A stretch of 64,000 nucleotides of DNA from Candidatus Marinacidobacterium sp. (GTDB taxonomy: Bacteria; Acidobacteriota; Vicinamibacteria; Marinacidobacterales; Marinacidobacteraceae): assembly GCA_965204755.1 (NCBI GenBank), contig OZ242011.1, positions 3,648,001-3,712,000 of the forward strand, in the 5' to 3' direction. Under the pieces are notes generated by a model. It ran no database searches. It saw nothing but the letters and a program-made list of their open reading frames with translations, and was not told the DNA's origin. Positions within the stretch are counted from its first letter, which is position 1; the number at the start of each line of letters is the position of its first letter. The position numbers were made by a program, and so were the translations under genes. Below, piece by piece: positions 60,431 through 64,000 of this stretch.

Positions 60431-61719
60431 CCGAGGGCGGAGCGGTAGAGCATCCGGGCGCTTTCCTCGGCGAACGGTCGAGGGTTGAACCGGCCAGTCC
60501 ATTCCTCCGCGGCTTCGGCGGCGAGGGCGGCCACGGCGGACTCCGAAAGCCGGTTCCCATCGTCTTGGAGGTCGCCTTCGAGCAGGCCGCCCGCCGCGGC
60601 CGCCTCCTCGATCCAGGCGGCCAGGGCGTCGCCGGCCCTCTCCTCGCGACTCCCGCTTTTCGGGACGCCCGCGGACCCCGCGTTGCGGGCGACCGCCCCG
60701 GCGGCGAGAAGATCGGCGTAGGCGGCGTCCGTCTCTTCCGCTTCCGCGTTCCAGCGAACGACGGCGGGGAGGGTGCGCGCCAGCGCGCGGCCGTGGCTCA
60801 GGCCCCGGTTCCGGGTGAGCGGATTCGCGAGCGCGTGCGCGGCCCCGAGCATCGAGCGTTCGATGGCGGCGCCGGCGAAGAACGCGCCGCGCTGCATCCG
60901 CGCCCAGTGGGAGGAATCGTCGAGTTCCCCTTCGGCCGCCCCGGTGGGCGGGAGTTCCTCCTCCGCGCCGCCGGCGCGGACCACCTTCGGGAAGGACGAG
61001 ACGAGAAGCGCGAACGCGCTCCGGGAGAGGGCGGCGGAGGCCTCGGTGCGGCCGGTGCTCACCGCGGTTTCCACGGCGTGGGCGAGGGCGTCGAAGCCGG
61101 CCGCGGCGCGAACTCCGAGCGGCGCCGAGGGCAGGAGGGCGGGATCGTGGATCACGGCCCGGAACAGCGCCGAGGGAGCGCCGCAAGCCAGTTTCCGGTG
61201 GTCGCGGTCCCGGGAGATGAGCGCGTAGGACTGCGCCTCGCTTCCGGTCCCGGCGGTCGTCGGCGCCCCGATCATCGGGGGGAGGGGCGCCCCGACCCGG
61301 TCGTAGCCCCGGTAGTCCTCCATCCGGCCGCCGCCCGCCAGCAGGAAGCCCACCCCCTTCGCCACATCGAGGGAACTGCCCCCGCCGAGGCCGATCAGCG
61401 AGTCCGCCCCGGCCCGGCGCGCGGCCTCCCGCCCGCGCTCCACCTCGGACTCGCTCGGGTTTTCGCCGAAGTCGGTGAAGGCGGCCGCCCGGATCCCCGC
61501 CTCGGAGAGGATTCGGAGCGCCCGGTCGAGGATCCCGGCGTCGGCGATGCCGGAATCACCGGTTATCAACGGCCGCGCGAAACCGTAGGCGCGGGCGACC
61601 TCGCCCAGGGAGTCGAGCGCGCCGGGGCGGGAGAGGACCGCCGGGGAGGGGCCTTCGGCGAGGCGCCAAGCGCCGGGGAACGGCCCCGGCAGCAGGGAGG
61701 GATCTGCCGGTCGGTTCAC
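60427..61719 (-). CDS. Iron-containing alcohol dehydrogenase
   Basis: GGGSSLD, PTTAGTGSE, DALAHAVE and HALANPL...HG. Confidence 0.9.
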   Translation of the reverse strand: MNRPADPSLLPGPFPGAWRLAEGPSPAVLSRPGALDSLGEVARAYGFARPLITGDSGIADAGILDRALRILSEAGIRAAAFTDFGENPSESEVERGREAARRAGADSLIGLGGGSSLDVAKGVGFLLAGGGRMEDYRGYDRVGAPLPPMIGAPTTAGTGSEAQSYALISRDRDHRKLACGAPSALFRAVIHDPALLPSAPLGVRAAAGFDALAHAVETAVSTGRTEASAALSRSAFALLVSSFPKVVRAGGAEEELPPTGAAEGELDDSSHWARMQRGAFFAGAAIERSMLGAAHALANPLTRNRGLSHGRALARTLPAVVRWNAEAEETDAAYADLLAAGAVARNAGSAGVPKSGSREERAGDALAAWIEEAAAAGGLLEGDLQDDGNRLSESAVAALAAEAAEEWTGRFNPRPFAEESARMLYRSALG

Positions 61720-63209
61720 TCCCGCGGCGAGCGGCCCTCCGGAGCCGACCCGTTCGGCGGCGCCCCGGTGGCGGCCTCCAGCTCTTCGAAGGCGAACAGG
61801 CGGTTCCGGCTGGCGATGTAGAGGACGCCGTTCGCCGGGACCGCGCTGGAGTACACCGAACTGCCCAGGTTCATCTCGGCGATCACTTCCTCGGTCGGCC
61901 CCGGACGCAGTACGACCACATCGCCGTCTTCGTCGCCCAGGTACAACTTCCCGTCGGCGACGAGCGGCGAGCCCCAGACCGCGGCGAAGGTGTCGTGCAC
62001 CCACAGCGGCTCGCCGCTCTCCGCATCGAGCGCATGCAGGAATCCGGAGAAGTCCGGGAGGTAGAGGATCCCGTCCTGCACCGCCGCGGTGGAGATGGAC
62101 CGCCGAATGGCGTCGTAGTGCCAGACGCGGCCGGTCTCGGTGATGTCGCCGCGCTTCGTCCCGTCTATGGCGTAGAGGTGGCCGACGCCCTCCCCGTGCT
62201 CGGGGTCCTGGCCGTTCGCGAGGAACAGGTGGTCGCCCACGATGACCGGAGTGGAGATCAGGCTGTTGCGCGTGCGGGGCCAGACGGAATCCTTGGGGTT
62301 CGTGTCGAACTCCCACAGCGTCTCCCCGGTCAGCGCCTCGTACCCCCGCGCCCAGCCGTCGCCTTCGCCGAGGACGACCTGGGTGACGCCGCCGATCTCG
62401 CCGACCCCGGCGGAGGACCACTGCCCGTGCAGGATGTTCTCGCCCACATGGTTTTGCTCCCAGACGAGTTCCCCGGTGTTCTTGTCCACCGCGATGATCG
62501 CCGGCGCGAGCGGGGACGGGATGTTGGCGTGGGTCTCGTCGTGGCCGTTGGAAGTGGTGACGAAGAGGAGGTCGCCGACGCTCACCGGACTGGCGTTCGA
62601 CATGTTGTGCGGGAACGCGCCGAGTTCCTCGATCATGTCCAGCCGCCAGAGGATGTCCCCGTCGTTCGGCGAGAGGTAGGTCTCCTCGGTGTACGGGCCG
62701 TCGTTGCCGTCCGCCAGGCCGTTCGCGTCGAGGGCGAGGACCTCGCCCCGGTTCGTCACATAGAAGACCCGGTCGCCCTCGATCAGCGGCGACGAACAGA
62801 TTCCCTGGTAGGGCCAGTCGTTCACCCGGCCGGTCGGGAGTTTGTCGGAGACCATCTGCCAGAGGAACTCGCCGGTCCCGGCGTCGAAGGCGAGCAGGAT
62901 GCCCTTGTCGCCGGTGATCTCCCGGTCGTAGAGCGCCTCGTTGTTCGTGCCGACATAGACCCGGCCCCCGGCGACCACCGGGTTCCCGTAGGTCTGCGAA
63001 CCGAGCGGCGCCGCCCACTTCACATTCCGCCCGCTCCCCACATCCCACTCGGCGGGAAGGCGGGCGGAACCCTCCGAGACCATGTTCCGGTGCGGCGCGC
63101 CGCCCCACATCGGCCAGTCCTGCGCCCCGGAGGAAGCCGCCGGGACGGGCGCGGCGAACGCCGCTGCGCCGAGGACAACCGCTCCGGCGGCCCGGCCGGC
63201 GATCTTCAT
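61716..63209 (-). CDS. PQQ-binding-like beta-propeller protein, secreted
   Basis: DWPMWGG..RN, NVKWAAPLGSQTYGNP, GICSSP and repeated TGELVW motifs. Confidence 0.88.
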   Translation of the reverse strand: MKIAGRAAGAVVLGAAAFAAPVPAASSGAQDWPMWGGAPHRNMVSEGSARLPAEWDVGSGRNVKWAAPLGSQTYGNPVVAGGRVYVGTNNEALYDREITGDKGILLAFDAGTGEFLWQMVSDKLPTGRVNDWPYQGICSSPLIEGDRVFYVTNRGEVLALDANGLADGNDGPYTEETYLSPNDGDILWRLDMIEELGAFPHNMSNASPVSVGDLLFVTTSNGHDETHANIPSPLAPAIIAVDKNTGELVWEQNHVGENILHGQWSSAGVGEIGGVTQVVLGEGDGWARGYEALTGETLWEFDTNPKDSVWPRTRNSLISTPVIVGDHLFLANGQDPEHGEGVGHLYAIDGTKRGDITETGRVWHYDAIRRSISTAAVQDGILYLPDFSGFLHALDAESGEPLWVHDTFAAVWGSPLVADGKLYLGDEDGDVVVLRPGPTEEVIAEMNLGSSVYSSAVPANGVLYIASRNRLFAFEELEAATGAPPNGSAPEGRSPRE

Positions 63210-64000
63210 TCGCCGGACCCCTCCGCCGCCGGCTCGACCCGGAGGTTGTCGAAGAAGACTTCGGCGGACACGGCGTCCGCGAAGATGCCCGGCGTTCCCT
63301 GCCGGTGGGGAAGGGATTCGCGCCATTCGATGCTCCAGTCCGATGGTTTCGCTTCGCCCCGCGGCCAGACGCGGCCCCGGGCGACGACGCCGGCTTCGTC
63401 CTCGACGACTTCGAATTCCATCGAATACCAGGTGTCGGGCTCCCAAGGGAAGGGGACGCCGGTGATCCGTCCCTCCGTGGGCGTCCACGAGTGGATCTCC
63501 AGGCGTTGGTGGGTGCCCTTGAGGACGAGTTGGTACCGCTGGGCCACGAGACCGGCGTTCCCGAGTTGGCGCCGCCGCATCCGGGCGAGGACATCGGCGG
63601 AGACCCGGTAGCCGGAGAGCGACGGCGGGCCCATATAGACCCGGGCGCGGCGGAGGAAGGGGTTGTCCGCCCGCTTCACGAGCACCCGCGCGCCGTCCTC
63701 GAGGGTGCGGACCGCGTACTTGCCGGTGGCGTTCACCCACTCCCGGGGGACCTCGGAGTCCTCGGCGTCGAAGTCCCAGGCCCAGGGGAGCGGCGGCGTG
63801 ACCCGGAACCGCGCTTCGGCGCGCAGGTCCCCGGCGGAGGCCGCCACCGAGCCGGCGCCGGCGGAGGCGTCCTCCCGGATCCGGAGGATCCCGTCGGTCA
63901 CTTCGCCCGGGAGGCCGTCCACCGACCAGTCGTAGCCGCCGGGCGCCTCCACCGGGAGACCGGCGGCGTCGAAGGCGCGCGCGGTGAGTTCGATTTCGCC
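63206..64000 (-). CDS. C-terminal part of a larger protein with a concanavalin/lectin-like beta-sandwich (truncated by the window edge)
   Basis: Open to the window end; PFPWEPDTWYSMEF, GRVWPRGE and FFDNLRV; ATGA coupling to the downstream propeller gene. Confidence 0.65.
   Translation of the reverse strand, partial: GEIELTARAFDAAGLPVEAPGGYDWSVDGLPGEVTDGILRIREDASAGAGSVAASAGDLRAEARFRVTPPLPWAWDFDAEDSEVPREWVNATGKYAVRTLEDGARVLVKRADNPFLRRARVYMGPPSLSGYRVSADVLARMRRRQLGNAGLVAQRYQLVLKGTHQRLEIHSWTPTEGRITGVPFPWEPDTWYSMEFEVVEDEAGVVARGRVWPRGEAKPSDWSIEWRESLPHRQGTPGIFADAVSAEVFFDNLRVEPAAEGSGE

Overview
This is a very GC-rich (by eye >70%), gene-dense bacterial window with about 44 real coding regions and no rRNA, tRNA, CRISPR array or intact transposase. 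The gene content (Uma2 paralogs, tandem spondin lipoproteins, an FN3-fused sulfatase, many secreted peptidases, PQQ-type beta-propellers, a TonB receptor) suggests a diderm, possibly host-associated organism such as an Acidobacteriota member; that assignment is inference only. Most long ORFs in the supplied track are GC-driven shadow frames. Best leads: (1) a duplicated, translationally coupled matrixin-like protease + small four-Cys partner cassette whose second protease carries HQxGH instead of HExGH; (2) a GriC/GriD-like acid-reductase pair with a GT4 enzyme and an ABC exporter, possibly linked to a PQQ-propeller/Fe-ADH operon at the window end; (3) a CutF-like leader peptide with a perfect anti-SD upstream of copAB; (4) near-total avoidance of ACGT and AGCT; (5) two long poly-G tracts in divergent promoter regions of surface-glycan genes; (6) a family of MITE-like remnants. 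All calls are from motif reading, with no database searches.
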